Below, in pieces: positions 38,519-47,898 of a stretch of 64,000 bases of DNA. Both the position numbers and the translations under genes were made by a program. The notes beneath the pieces were generated by a model, which did not search any database, was not told the origin of the DNA, and saw only the letters and a list, made by a program, of their open reading frames with translations. Every line of letters starts with the position of its first letter. Position 1 is the first letter of the stretch. Location of the stretch: the NCBI RefSeq assembly GCF_003334385.1, contig NZ_QOWN01000004.1; one strand, written 5' to 3'. This DNA comes from Escherichia coli. Its GTDB lineage: Bacteria; Pseudomonadota; Gammaproteobacteria; Enterobacterales; Enterobacteriaceae.

Positions 38519-39619
38519 GTGATAATCATAAGATATCTGGTGCGGGAGACGCTCAAAAGCCAGCTGGCGATACTCTTCATCTTGCTTTTGATCTTCTTCT
38601 GTCAAAAGTTAGTGAGGATCCTCGGCGCAGCGGTTGACGGCGATATTCCGGCGAATCTGGTGCTCTCCCTTCTCGGGTTGGGCGTGCCGGAAATGGCGCA
38701 GCTTATCCTGCCATTAAGCCTGTTCCTCGGGCTGCTGATGACGCTGGGCAAACTGTATACCGAAAGTGAAATTACGGTAATGCATGCCTGCGGCCTGAGC
38801 AAAGCGGTTCTGGTGAAAGCGGCAATGATCCTTGCGGTATTCACGGCAATCGTCGCGGCGGTTAACGTGATGTGGGCGGGACCGTGGTCATCGCGTCATC
38901 AGGATGAAGTGTTAGCAGAAGCGAAAGCGAACCCTGGCATGGCGGCGCTGGCGCAAGGGCAATTCCAGCAAGCGACTAATGGCAGCTCGGTGCTGTTCAT
39001 CGAAAGCGTTGACGGCAGCGATTTCAAAGATGTGTTCCTCGCACAAATTCGACCAAAAGGTAATGCACGTCCTTCTGTGGTGGTGGCCGATTCCGGACAT
39101 TTAACCCAGCTGCGCGACGGCTCCCAGGTCGTCACTCTCAACCAGGGAACGCGCTTCGAAGGCACTGCACTGTTACGTGATTTCCGCATTACGGATTTCC
39201 AGGATTATCAGGCGATCATTGGTCACCAGGCGGTGGCGCTCGACCCGAACGATACCGACCAGATGGACATGTGCACATTGTGGAACACTGACACCGATCG
39301 TGCTCGCGCAGAACTGAACTGGCGTATCACGTTGGTATTCACCGTGTTTATGATGGCACTTATGGTCGTACCGCTGAGCGTGGTTAACCCACGTCAGGGA
39401 CGCGTACTGTCGATGCTGCCAGCCATGCTGCTGTATCTACTTTTCTTCCTGATCCAGACCTCCCTGAAATCGAACGGCGGTAAAGGTAAGCTGGACCCGA
39501 CGCTGTGGATGTGGACCGTTAACCTGATTTATCTGGCTTTGGCGATTGTTCTCAACCTTTGGGACACCGTGCCGGTCCGCCGCCTGCGCGCCAGTTTTTC
39601 GCGTAAAGGAGCGGTGTGA
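38519..39619 (+). CDS. lptF: LPS export ABC transporter permease LptF
   Basis: 366-aa multi-TM ORF, GTG start, directly upstream of and coupled to lptG. Confidence 0.9.
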   Translation: MIIIRYLVRETLKSQLAILFILLLIFFCQKLVRILGAAVDGDIPANLVLSLLGLGVPEMAQLILPLSLFLGLLMTLGKLYTESEITVMHACGLSKAVLVKAAMILAVFTAIVAAVNVMWAGPWSSRHQDEVLAEAKANPGMAALAQGQFQQATNGSSVLFIESVDGSDFKDVFLAQIRPKGNARPSVVVADSGHLTQLRDGSQVVTLNQGTRFEGTALLRDFRITDFQDYQAIIGHQAVALDPNDTDQMDMCTLWNTDTDRARAELNWRITLVFTVFMMALMVVPLSVVNPRQGRVLSMLPAMLLYLLFFLIQTSLKSNGGKGKLDPTLWMWTVNLIYLALAIVLNLWDTVPVRRLRASFSRKGAV

Positions 39620-40701
39620 TGCAACCTTTTGGCGTACTTGACCGCTATATCGGTAAAACTATTTTCACCACCATCATGATGACGCTGTTCATGCTGGTGT
39701 CGCTGTCGGGCATTATCAAATTTGTCGATCAGTTGAAAAAAGCCGGGCAGGGGAGTTACGACGCGTTAGGCGCAGGAATGTATACCTTGCTGAGCGTGCC
39801 GAAAGATGTGCAAATCTTCTTCCCGATGGCGGCTCTGCTTGGGGCGTTGCTTGGTCTTGGGATGCTGGCGCAGCGCAGCGAACTGGTGGTGATGCAGGCT
39901 TCTGGTTTTACCCGTATGCAGGTGGCGCTGTCGGTGATGAAAACCGCCATTCCGCTGGTCTTGCTGACGATGGCGATTGGCGAATGGGTCGCGCCGCAGG
40001 GCGAGCAGATGGCGCGTAACTACCGTGCGCAGGCGATGTACGGCGGCTCGTTGCTCTCTACCCAGCAAGGCTTATGGGCGAAAGATGGCAACAACTTCGT
40101 CTACATTGAGCGGGTTAAAGGTGACGAAGAGTTAGGTGGCATCAGCATTTATGCCTTTAACGAAAATCGTCGTCTGCAATCCGTACGCTATGCCGCTACT
40201 GCGAAGTTTGACCCGGAACATAAAGTCTGGCGTCTGTCGCAGGTTGATGAATCTGATCTGACCAATCCGAAACAGATTACCGGTTCGCAGACGGTGAGCG
40301 GCACCTGGAAAACCAACCTCACGCCAGACAAACTGGGCGTGGTGGCGCTGGACCCGGATGCACTCTCAATCAGCGGTTTGCACAACTACGTGAAGTATCT
40401 GAAGTCGAGCGGTCAGGATGCCGGACGTTATCAGCTCAACATGTGGAGCAAAATCTTCCAGCCGCTATCCGTGGCGGTGATGATGCTGATGGCGCTGTCG
40501 TTCATCTTTGGCCCACTGCGTAGCGTACCGATGGGCGTGCGTGTGGTCACCGGTATCAGCTTCGGTTTTGTCTTCTACGTACTGGACCAGATCTTCGGCC
40601 CGCTGACGTTGGTTTATGGCATCCCGCCGATCATCGGCGCACTGTTGCCAAGCGCCAGCTTCTTCTTAATCAGCCTGTGGCTGTTAATGAGAAAATCGTA
40701 A
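39619..40701 (+). CDS. lptG: LPS export ABC transporter permease LptG
   Basis: 360-aa ORF from MQPFGVLDRYIGKTIF... Confidence 0.9.
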   Translation: MQPFGVLDRYIGKTIFTTIMMTLFMLVSLSGIIKFVDQLKKAGQGSYDALGAGMYTLLSVPKDVQIFFPMAALLGALLGLGMLAQRSELVVMQASGFTRMQVALSVMKTAIPLVLLTMAIGEWVAPQGEQMARNYRAQAMYGGSLLSTQQGLWAKDGNNFVYIERVKGDEELGGISIYAFNENRRLQSVRYAATAKFDPEHKVWRLSQVDESDLTNPKQITGSQTVSGTWKTNLTPDKLGVVALDPDALSISGLHNYVKYLKSSGQDAGRYQLNMWSKIFQPLSVAVMMLMALSFIFGPLRSVPMGVRVVTGISFGFVFYVLDQIFGPLTLVYGIPPIIGALLPSASFFLISLWLLMRKS

Positions 40702-40819
40702 CCAAGCAAGGGAGCGAAAGCTCCCTTTCACATTGTTGATAAAGTCAAATACGAGTTCGATCGGTCCCCTCGCCCCTTTGGGGAGAGGGTTAGGGTGAGG
40801 GGCACAGACCGCACCTGAC

Positions 40820-42322
40820 TTACCTTCTTCTCCCCCCCAGCAAACTCCCCAACATCCCGCGTACAATCTGATTCGTCACCTGGCGGGCGGCGCTTTTCGC
40901 CATTGTTTGCACCACACCATCTTTCTTACCGCCGCGTGGTCCGGTAGTGCCGAACAAAATATCCTTCAATCCACCAAGAATGCCGTCATCCACCGCTACC
41001 TCTTTCCCTTTCGCGGGGGGATTATTTTGCTGCTCGGTACTGGCCTGAAAGCCTTTTTGCAACATCTCATAGGCGGATTCCCGGTCCACCTCATCCTCGT
41101 ACTTGCCATACACCGGAGAGTGATTAATCAAGCCATTACGCTCATCTTCCGTCACCGGTCCCATCCGCGAACAAGGCGCAATCACCATCGCCCGTTCCAC
41201 CACTGAAGGACTTCCTTTCACATCAAGAAACGAGATTAACGCCTCGCCGGTCCCCAGTTCCTGGATTGCCTTTTCGGTATCAAATGCCGGATTGGCCCGC
41301 ATGGTTTGCGCCGCAGCTTTTACCGCTTTCTGATCTTTGGGCGTAAAAGCACGCAAAGCGTGTTGAACGCGATTACCGAGCTGCCCGAGCACATTATCCG
41401 GAATATCAGACGGGTTTTGCGAAACGAACCAGACGCCCACGCCTTTTGAGCGAATAAGCCGTATCACCTGCTCAATCTTATCCAGCAGTACCTGCGGTGC
41501 ATCGTTAAACAGCAGATGTGCCTCGTCGAAGAAAAACACCAGTTTTGGTTTCTCCAGATCGCCCGCTTCCGGCAATTGTTCATACAACTCTGAAAGCATC
41601 CACAGCAGGCTGGCGGCGTACAGTTTCGGCATCTGATAAAGCTTCTCGGCGCTGAGGATATTGATAACGCCTTTACCGTTGGTATCGGTGCGCATCCAGT
41701 CTTTGATATCCAGCATCGGCTCGCCAAAGAAGTGTGCTGCGCCTTGCTGTTACAGCGACAACAGTCCGCGCTGGATGGCACCAACCGATGCGCTACTGAT
41801 ATTACCGTACTGATTCTGGAAAGATTTGGCGTTATCGCCGATGTACTGGGTAATCGCCCGCAGATCTTTAAAGTCGAGCAGCAACAATCCCTGATCGTCC
41901 GCAATGCGGAAGATAATATTCAGCACGCCAGATTGCACATCGTTGAGATTCAACAGTCGTGCCAGCAACAGCGGCCCCAGATCCGAAACCGTCGCCCGCA
42001 CCGGATGGCCTTTCTCGCCAAAGATATCCCACACCACCACCGGATTGGCATGCGGTTGCCAGTCGTTGACGCCGATATTTTTCAGTCTTGCGAGCAGTTT
42101 TTCCGACGCCGTTCCTGCCTGCGCGATGCCGGTCAGATCGCCTTTCACATCGGCCATAAACACCGGAACACCGATTTCCGACAATGACTCTGCCAGTTTT
42201 TGCAACGTGACAGTTTTACCCGTCCCCGTTGCGCCAGTAATCAGCCCGTGACGGTTAGCCATTCCCGGCAATAAAAACAGTTCTGTGTCCGGCGTGCGGG
42301 CAATTAACAGGGGTTCGCTCAT
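40820..42322 (-). pseudogene. yjgR: yjgR (DUF853 P-loop NTPase) with an in-frame TAA at 41750-41752
   Basis: ORFs 41750-42370 and 40820-41716 share one frame and read through sensibly apart from the single TAA; Walker A GATGTGKT; combined length from MSEPLL start is 500 codons. Confidence 0.6.
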
Positions 42323-42451
42323 GAGATATCCTCCAGTTTCCTGCCTGGAGTATAGGCAACGGCTGCGCACTCTTCACCGCTAAATTCAGCAGATTGCGAG
42401 ATGCCTTCCAAAGAGATTTAAGTGCCGGGCGACAGGCACCCGGCAAAGGGA

Positions 42452-43471
42452 TCAGAAGTCGGCTTTCAGAACCACGCGGTAACGCGCCTTACCGTCGCGC
42501 ACATGCTTGATGGCATCGTTAATTTTCGACATCGGGAACAGTTCGGTGGTCGGCGCAACCTTGCTGCGGGCGGCAAAGCGCATCAGCTTACGCAACTCAT
42601 AAGGCGTGCCGGTAGCAGAGCCAGAGACACTGCGGTCGCCCGCAATTAACGTAAAGGCCGGAACAGACAGCGGCGTGAGAACCGCACCGACCGTATGGAA
42701 ATTACCGCCATACGTCAGCGCCTCAAAATAAGGCTGCCAGTCGAGGCTGACGTTGACGGTGTTGATAATGAGATCGAACTGCCCCGCAAGTGTTTTCAGT
42801 GCCTGCGGATCGCGGCTATTCACCACTTTATCGGCACCCATCGCCAGTACTTCCTGCTCTTTCGCCGGATTAGAACTAAAGGCCGTCACCTCGCATCCCA
42901 TTGCGTGCAGAAGTTTTATAGCGATATGCCCCAGCCCGCCAATACCAATTACCCCAACGCGGCTGGTAGCAGTGATATGGTGCATCAACAGTGGTTTAAA
43001 GACCGTGATACCGCCGCACAACAGCGGCCCGGCGGACTCGATATCAATATTTTCTGGCAGTGGAATCACCCATTGCCAGTCCGCACGCAACTTCTCGGCA
43101 AAGCCACCGCGATTCATAATTGTTGGTACCGCACCTTGCTCACAGTTGATCTGATTACCACTAATACAGGCGTCGCAGTGACCACAGCTACGCGCCGTCC
43201 AGCCAATCCCGACACGCTGACCGACCTGCAAACCTTTATCCTGTGCGGCGCTCCCGAGCGCCACTACGCGACCAATCACCTCATGCCCGGCAATCAGCGG
43301 ATATTGTGAAAATCCCCATTCATTGTCGATCATCGATAGATCGGAATGGCAGATCCCGCAATAATCCACCTGCACTTCAATATCTTGTGGCCTCAGCTCA
43401 CCGGGATCGTACTCATAAACTTCCAGTTCGCCGCCCGCTTCTTTTGCGGCATAGCTTCTTATCATCGACAT
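42452..43471 (-). CDS. ahr: NADPH-dependent aldehyde reductase Ahr (YjgB), zinc alcohol dehydrogenase family
   Basis: 339-aa protein from [22 protein letters not shown]...; zinc ligands CGICHSD and CGHCDAC. Confidence 0.9.
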   Translation of the reverse strand: MSMIRSYAAKEAGGELEVYEYDPGELRPQDIEVQVDYCGICHSDLSMIDNEWGFSQYPLIAGHEVIGRVVALGSAAQDKGLQVGQRVGIGWTARSCGHCDACISGNQINCEQGAVPTIMNRGGFAEKLRADWQWVIPLPENIDIESAGPLLCGGITVFKPLLMHHITATSRVGVIGIGGLGHIAIKLLHAMGCEVTAFSSNPAKEQEVLAMGADKVVNSRDPQALKTLAGQFDLIINTVNVSLDWQPYFEALTYGGNFHTVGAVLTPLSVPAFTLIAGDRSVSGSATGTPYELRKLMRFAARSKVAPTTELFPMSKINDAIKHVRDGKARYRVVLKADF

Positions 43472-43609
43472 TTTTTGGTCCTTCTCTGGTGTTGTCTGGG
43501 AAGTGTAGAGCATGGCAGGGCGGGGTGCCTGGAGTGTGACAAAGGTTACACATCGCTGTATGCAATGCTGAAAATTTCAGCACTTAGCGAGGTGCGAGCA
43601 AGCTGGCGC

Positions 43610-43637
43610 TTGCATGGTGGCGTGCGACAGGTATAAT
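43610..43637 (+). promoter_or_regulatory. leuX promoter (-35 ttgcat, 16-bp spacer, -10 tataat)
   Basis: ttgcat at 43610-43615 and tataat at 43632-43637, about 30 nt upstream of the mature tRNA 5' end. Confidence 0.65.
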
Positions 43638-43666
43638 CCACAACGTTTTCCGCATACCTCTTCAGT

Positions 43667-43751
43667 GCCGAAGTGGCGAAATCGGTAGACGCAGTTGATT
43701 CAAAATCAACCGTAGAAATACGTGCCGGTTCGAGTCCGGCCTTCGGCACCA
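43667..43751 (+). tRNA. leuX: tRNA-Leu (anticodon CAA)
   Basis: 85-nt sequence gccgaagtggcgaaatcggtagac...ggttcgagtccggccttcggcacca with anticodon loop ttgattCAAaatcaa and encoded CCA. Confidence 0.95.
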
Positions 43752-43764
43752 TCGGAGCATCAAT

Positions 43765-43788
43765 AGACGTCAACGGACGTCTTTTTTT
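43765..43788 (+). terminator. Intrinsic terminator after leuX
   Basis: Hairpin agacgtc-aacg-gacgtct followed by a T run. Confidence 0.75.
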
Positions 43789-43937
43789 GTGCCTGAAATC
43801 CAGTATTTACCCATCATTCCCGCTATATTAACTCTCTCAAGGTCAACCGACTTCAACGTACATCTACCAACAGATGTTGGTACAGATGATGGTATTTCCG
43901 GTTCGATAATGCTTGTACCAACAGGGAGGGGATAAGC

Positions 43938-45182
43938 ATGGCTCTAACAGATATCAAAGTCAGAACAGCTAAGCCAACAGATAAGCAATACAAGTTAACT
44001 GATGGCAGTGGTATGCATCTTCTTGTCCACCCTAATGGTTCTAAGTACTGGCGTTTGCAGTACCGTTTTGACGGCAAGCAAAAGATGCTGGCTTTAGGTG
44101 TTTATCCTGACGTGTCGCTTGCCGATGCACGGACTCGCCGTGACGACGCTCGTAATTTGTTGGCAAACAACATCGACCCGGGAGACAAAAAGAAAAGTGA
44201 TAAAATTGAGCAAGAAGAAGCCCGCACTTTTGAACAACTCGCAGTTGAGTGGCATGCAACAAATAAAAAGTGGTCGGAAGAACATAGCAGGCGAGTACTG
44301 AAAAGCCTGGAGGATAATCTGTTTCCAGCTATTGGTAAGCGGAATATTGCGGATCTCAAAACCCGAGACCTGCTAGCCCCAATCAAAGCCGTTGAACTGT
44401 CAGGACGGCTTGAGGTTGCTTCACGATTACAACAGCGAACCACGGCAATTATGCGCTATGCCGTGCAGAGTGGTTTACTGGACTATAACCCCGCGCAGGA
44501 GATGGTTGGCGCTGTTGCTTCAAGTAACAGACAGCATCGACCTGCTCTTCAGTTGAAGCGAATCCCAGAACTATTACGGCGCATAGATAGTTATACCGGT
44601 AGACCTCTTACTAGACTTGCCGTCGAACTCACGCTCCTGGTATTCATTCGTTCAAGTGAACTACGCTTTGCTCGTTGGTCTGAGATCGATTTCGAAACAT
44701 CAATGTGGACAATACCTGCAGAGCGCGAAGCTATTGACGGAGTAAAGCATTCACAGCGTGGTTCAAAAATGCGTACGCCTCATCTGGTGCCGCTTTCTCA
44801 TCAAGCTTTAGCAATTCTTAAAGATGTTTACAAACTTAGTGGTGATCGCGATTTTGTTTTCATCGGCGATCATGACCATCGCAAACCGATGAGTGAAAAC
44901 ACGGTGAACAAGGCGCTGCGCGTTATGGGTTATGACACGAAGGTAGAGGTTTGTGGGCACGGTTTCAGGACAATGGCCTGTAGTTCATTGATCGAGTCTG
45001 GATTGTGGTCGAGGGATGCAGTGGAAAGGCAGATGAGCCATATGGAACGTAACTCAGTACGCGCAGCTTACATTCATAAGGCCGAACATCTTGATGAACG
45101 GCGACTGATGCTGCAGTGGTGGGCTGATTTTTTGGATGCGAATAGGGAAAGCGAAGTTAGCCCTTATGACTTTGGCAAATAG
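43938..45182 (+). CDS. P4-type tyrosine integrase
   Basis: 414-aa ORF with C-terminal tyrosine-recombinase motifs (HGFRTMACS, RAAYIHK); good RBS gggagggg; adjacent to the tRNA 3' end. Confidence 0.9.
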   Translation: MALTDIKVRTAKPTDKQYKLTDGSGMHLLVHPNGSKYWRLQYRFDGKQKMLALGVYPDVSLADARTRRDDARNLLANNIDPGDKKKSDKIEQEEARTFEQLAVEWHATNKKWSEEHSRRVLKSLEDNLFPAIGKRNIADLKTRDLLAPIKAVELSGRLEVASRLQQRTTAIMRYAVQSGLLDYNPAQEMVGAVASSNRQHRPALQLKRIPELLRRIDSYTGRPLTRLAVELTLLVFIRSSELRFARWSEIDFETSMWTIPAEREAIDGVKHSQRGSKMRTPHLVPLSHQALAILKDVYKLSGDRDFVFIGDHDHRKPMSENTVNKALRVMGYDTKVEVCGHGFRTMACSSLIESGLWSRDAVERQMSHMERNSVRAAYIHKAEHLDERRLMLQWWADFLDANRESEVSPYDFGK

Positions 45183-45284
45183 TCTAATTCCTGATGCTTG
45201 CTATGTTCGATTTTGAAAAGCCGGCTTGAACTATAACCTATACTTTTTTATAACTGTATTATTCTGGCGACTCAGAGGTGCACT

Positions 45285-45518
45285 ATGAAAACTTTCGATA
45301 CTCAACTTGCGATGAGCATTGTATCGCACTCAACGGGAGGTTTTAGTTATGACACCCTAGCTAGAGCGTTGATTTCTAAAGATAAAAATGAAAATCCTGA
45401 CGACCTTCTTGAGTCGTGTCGAAATTTTTGTCTCTCTCTTGAGGAAAAAGGTATTCTGAGGCGATGCCAAAGATGTTCTCATTCTCAAGATGAGTATTTC
45501 GAGTATATTCCTCACTAA
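45285..45518 (+). CDS. Hypothetical small protein (77 aa) with CxxC pair
   Basis: AT-rich ORF with RBS (cagagg) and RRCQRCSHS near the C-terminus; followed by a perfect palindrome; no recognisable family. Confidence 0.4.
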   Translation: MKTFDTQLAMSIVSHSTGGFSYDTLARALISKDKNENPDDLLESCRNFCLSLEEKGILRRCQRCSHSQDEYFEYIPH

Positions 45519-45519
45519 C

Positions 45520-45551
45520 ATCAGTCCCTGAAAAAATTTTCAGGGACTGAT
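45520..45551. terminator. Perfect 14-bp-arm palindrome (possible bidirectional terminator or protein binding site)
   Basis: atcagtccctgaaaa-aa-ttttcagggactgat immediately after the 77-aa ORF stop. Confidence 0.5.
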
Positions 45552-45617
45552 TACTCCGCTCTTGTCATCCCCTTTTTTCTCCTGTAGCTTGTGTAACACG
45601 ATTCTGGGGGGGCGATT

Positions 45618-46574
45618 GTGAGCAACATCAACTTAATAACCACATGTACAAACGGCAAACACTACGGTAGTAGGGATATATTGAGTCTGAGTCAATTTTC
45701 ATCAGGCCGAACCCCTTCAAATGTGCTCGTGAATTCTTGGTGCAATGCTCTGAATGAAGCTATTTCTACATCTGCAACTATATGTGCAGAGGATCTTTAT
45801 AAAGGTGGGCACTGGGCGACGGCTAAAGCCATCTTAGATGATTATCCTATTGATTTATGGATTCTTTCTGCTGGTTTAGGACTCCTTCACCACAAAGACA
45901 ATGTTGTACCTTATAAAGCGACCTTTGCTGTTGGATATGACGAATCAATACCATTATATTCTCAAGAATATGTAGGGAAAAGTTTTCATAGAACATGGTG
46001 GAAAGAAATAACCAATAGATCTATTTTTAAATCTAAGCATCCTACATCTATTGTAGAATTAATGAAAAAAAGAAAAAGAGACTATTATATTATCTGTGGT
46101 TCTCCAGATTATATTAATGCAATTGAACTAGATATCATTAATGGTCTTGAGTATCTAGTTGATGCAAAAAAACAACTGCTTATTATAACTTCCAAAAAAA
46201 TCAATGGTAGGTTAACTACATACCTTTTCAAAACCAACCAAAATATGGCTCAGTGGCTGAGATGCAATATGCTCATGCTTAATATCAGTGTGGCAAAATA
46301 CATTGTGAAGGAATTTACGTCAAAACAACTCAATGATTTAAATGAGTTATCTCAAAAGTTAATAGAAGAACTCAAGGAGTTACCTGAGCGTGAAGTGAAA
46401 AAAGGAATTCGTCGTAGTCCGGAGGAAGTTAAGTCTTTCATTTTAAAGATTATGGAGAAAAATCCTGGTATCAGTGCTACACACGCGTTGCGTGAATTTC
46501 GTGACTCGGGAAATTCATTTGAGGAAAAACGTTTTCGGACTGAGTTTATGGCCCTGAGAGAGGCTAAACCTTAA
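45618..46574 (+). CDS. Hypothetical protein (318 aa), first gene of the putative modification module; possibly DpdC-like by context only
   Basis: AT-rich ORF with GTG start and G-rich RBS; no motif I can assign; sits directly upstream of the TGT-like gene. Confidence 0.5.
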   Translation: MSNINLITTCTNGKHYGSRDILSLSQFSSGRTPSNVLVNSWCNALNEAISTSATICAEDLYKGGHWATAKAILDDYPIDLWILSAGLGLLHHKDNVVPYKATFAVGYDESIPLYSQEYVGKSFHRTWWKEITNRSIFKSKHPTSIVELMKKRKRDYYIICGSPDYINAIELDIINGLEYLVDAKKQLLIITSKKINGRLTTYLFKTNQNMAQWLRCNMLMLNISVAKYIVKEFTSKQLNDLNELSQKLIEELKELPEREVKKGIRRSPEEVKSFILKIMEKNPGISATHALREFRDSGNSFEEKRFRTEFMALREAKP

Positions 46575-46626
46575 TGCTACTTGCCTGGGTTTCATGGTAG
46601 AATCCCCCGTTTTTTGAGGCTTTGCA

Positions 46627-47898
46627 GTGGCGTCACAGGAGAGTAAGTTGTCGAAGCTAAAGTATTTTTTCCCTGATAGTCAGGATTTTATCGATCCCAG
46701 TTTCGACTTCTTCCGCGAAACGCGTAACGAACATCGCGTGCGTCAACGTGACGATCAGTATCCGCATGAGGTTTTTCCTCATCCTTACGATGGTATGCTG
46801 GTTTCTAAAGCTGTAGTTGATGGTCTTGGCGGCGGCGAGAGCAAATATACTCGTGCCCAGCGTTTGCGTTACTTCCGTAATGGAATGAAGCACTTTTTCC
46901 GTCTGCCGGAAAATATGGAAACTATGGGTGATTGCGGAGCCTTCACATATGTTAATCAGGACGTCCCGCCATACCGTGTGGAAGAGGTGATTGAGTTTTA
47001 CGAAACTTCCCGCTTTAACCATGGCGTTTCTCTCGATCATATCGTTTTTGGCTATGAAAAACCTGGTGAGGTATTCAGTGGCGAAGTGTTGGCTGAATGT
47101 CGCCGACGCCAGGATATCACTCTGACCTTGGCTCAAGAGTTTTTAAACAAGTCTCAAAAGTCCTGTTTCACTCCCTTTGGCGTTGCACATGGATGGAGCA
47201 AAACCTCCTATCGTCAGTCTGTAGAGGCCCTGCTGGCCATGGGATACAGAAATATCACCATGGGGGGGATGGTGCCGTTGAAAACGGCGCAGATCCTTGA
47301 GACTCTCGAAGAGATTAAACCGCTGCTGAAAAGTGATACACGTATTCACTTGCTTGGCATTGCCCGTCCAGAGAGTTTCGCCGACTTTATCAAGTTTGGT
47401 GTGACCAGTATTGACTCGACAACACCGCTGCAGCAAGCCTTCAAAGATCGGAAAAACAACTATCATACGCCTGATGGCCCGGCCTATACCGCTGTGCGTG
47501 TCCCTCAGTTTGATGCGAATCCAAGTTTGAGTCGCAAAATAAAATCTGGCGTGATTGATCAGGATATTGCACGACATCTAGAAAAGGATGCCATGGCTGC
47601 CCTGTTTGAATATGATAAAGGGGCTTTGTCACTTGAGAAGACTCTTGATGCAGTCCTGGCATATGAACGCCTCCATTCGGGTGAAAAAGAGGCCGATAAA
47701 ATCCGTGCGGATTATGAACGTACGCTAGGAGAACGTCCTTGGAACCAATGCCAGTGCAATATTTGCCAGGCCATCGGTATCAACGTCATCATTTTCCGCG
47801 GAGCAGAACGTAACCGTCGCCGCGGTTTCCATAATATTCAGGTGTTGTACAACCGTTTACAGCACACATTGTCATTACGCTCAGAGGAACTGTCATGA
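46627..47898 (+). CDS. dpdA: tRNA-guanine-transglycosylase-like protein (DpdA-like DNA 7-deazaguanine transglycosylase candidate)
   Basis: 423-aa ORF, GTG start with gagg RBS; C-terminal zinc motif CQCNIC followed 22 residues later by His (TGT-type CxCxxC...H); DCGAF and DSTTP segments. Confidence 0.65.
   Translation: MASQESKLSKLKYFFPDSQDFIDPSFDFFRETRNEHRVRQRDDQYPHEVFPHPYDGMLVSKAVVDGLGGGESKYTRAQRLRYFRNGMKHFFRLPENMETMGDCGAFTYVNQDVPPYRVEEVIEFYETSRFNHGVSLDHIVFGYEKPGEVFSGEVLAECRRRQDITLTLAQEFLNKSQKSCFTPFGVAHGWSKTSYRQSVEALLAMGYRNITMGGMVPLKTAQILETLEEIKPLLKSDTRIHLLGIARPESFADFIKFGVTSIDSTTPLQQAFKDRKNNYHTPDGPAYTAVRVPQFDANPSLSRKIKSGVIDQDIARHLEKDAMAALFEYDKGALSLEKTLDAVLAYERLHSGEKEADKIRADYERTLGERPWNQCQCNICQAIGINVIIFRGAERNRRRGFHNIQVLYNRLQHTLSLRSEELS

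Noticed and set aside
40729-40819. G-rich imperfect hairpin (cccctcgcccctttggggagagggttagggtgagggg) between lptG and yjgR, considered as a mobile or repeat element
   Set aside because: Could not match to a specific repeat family from sequence alone; probably part of a convergent terminator region
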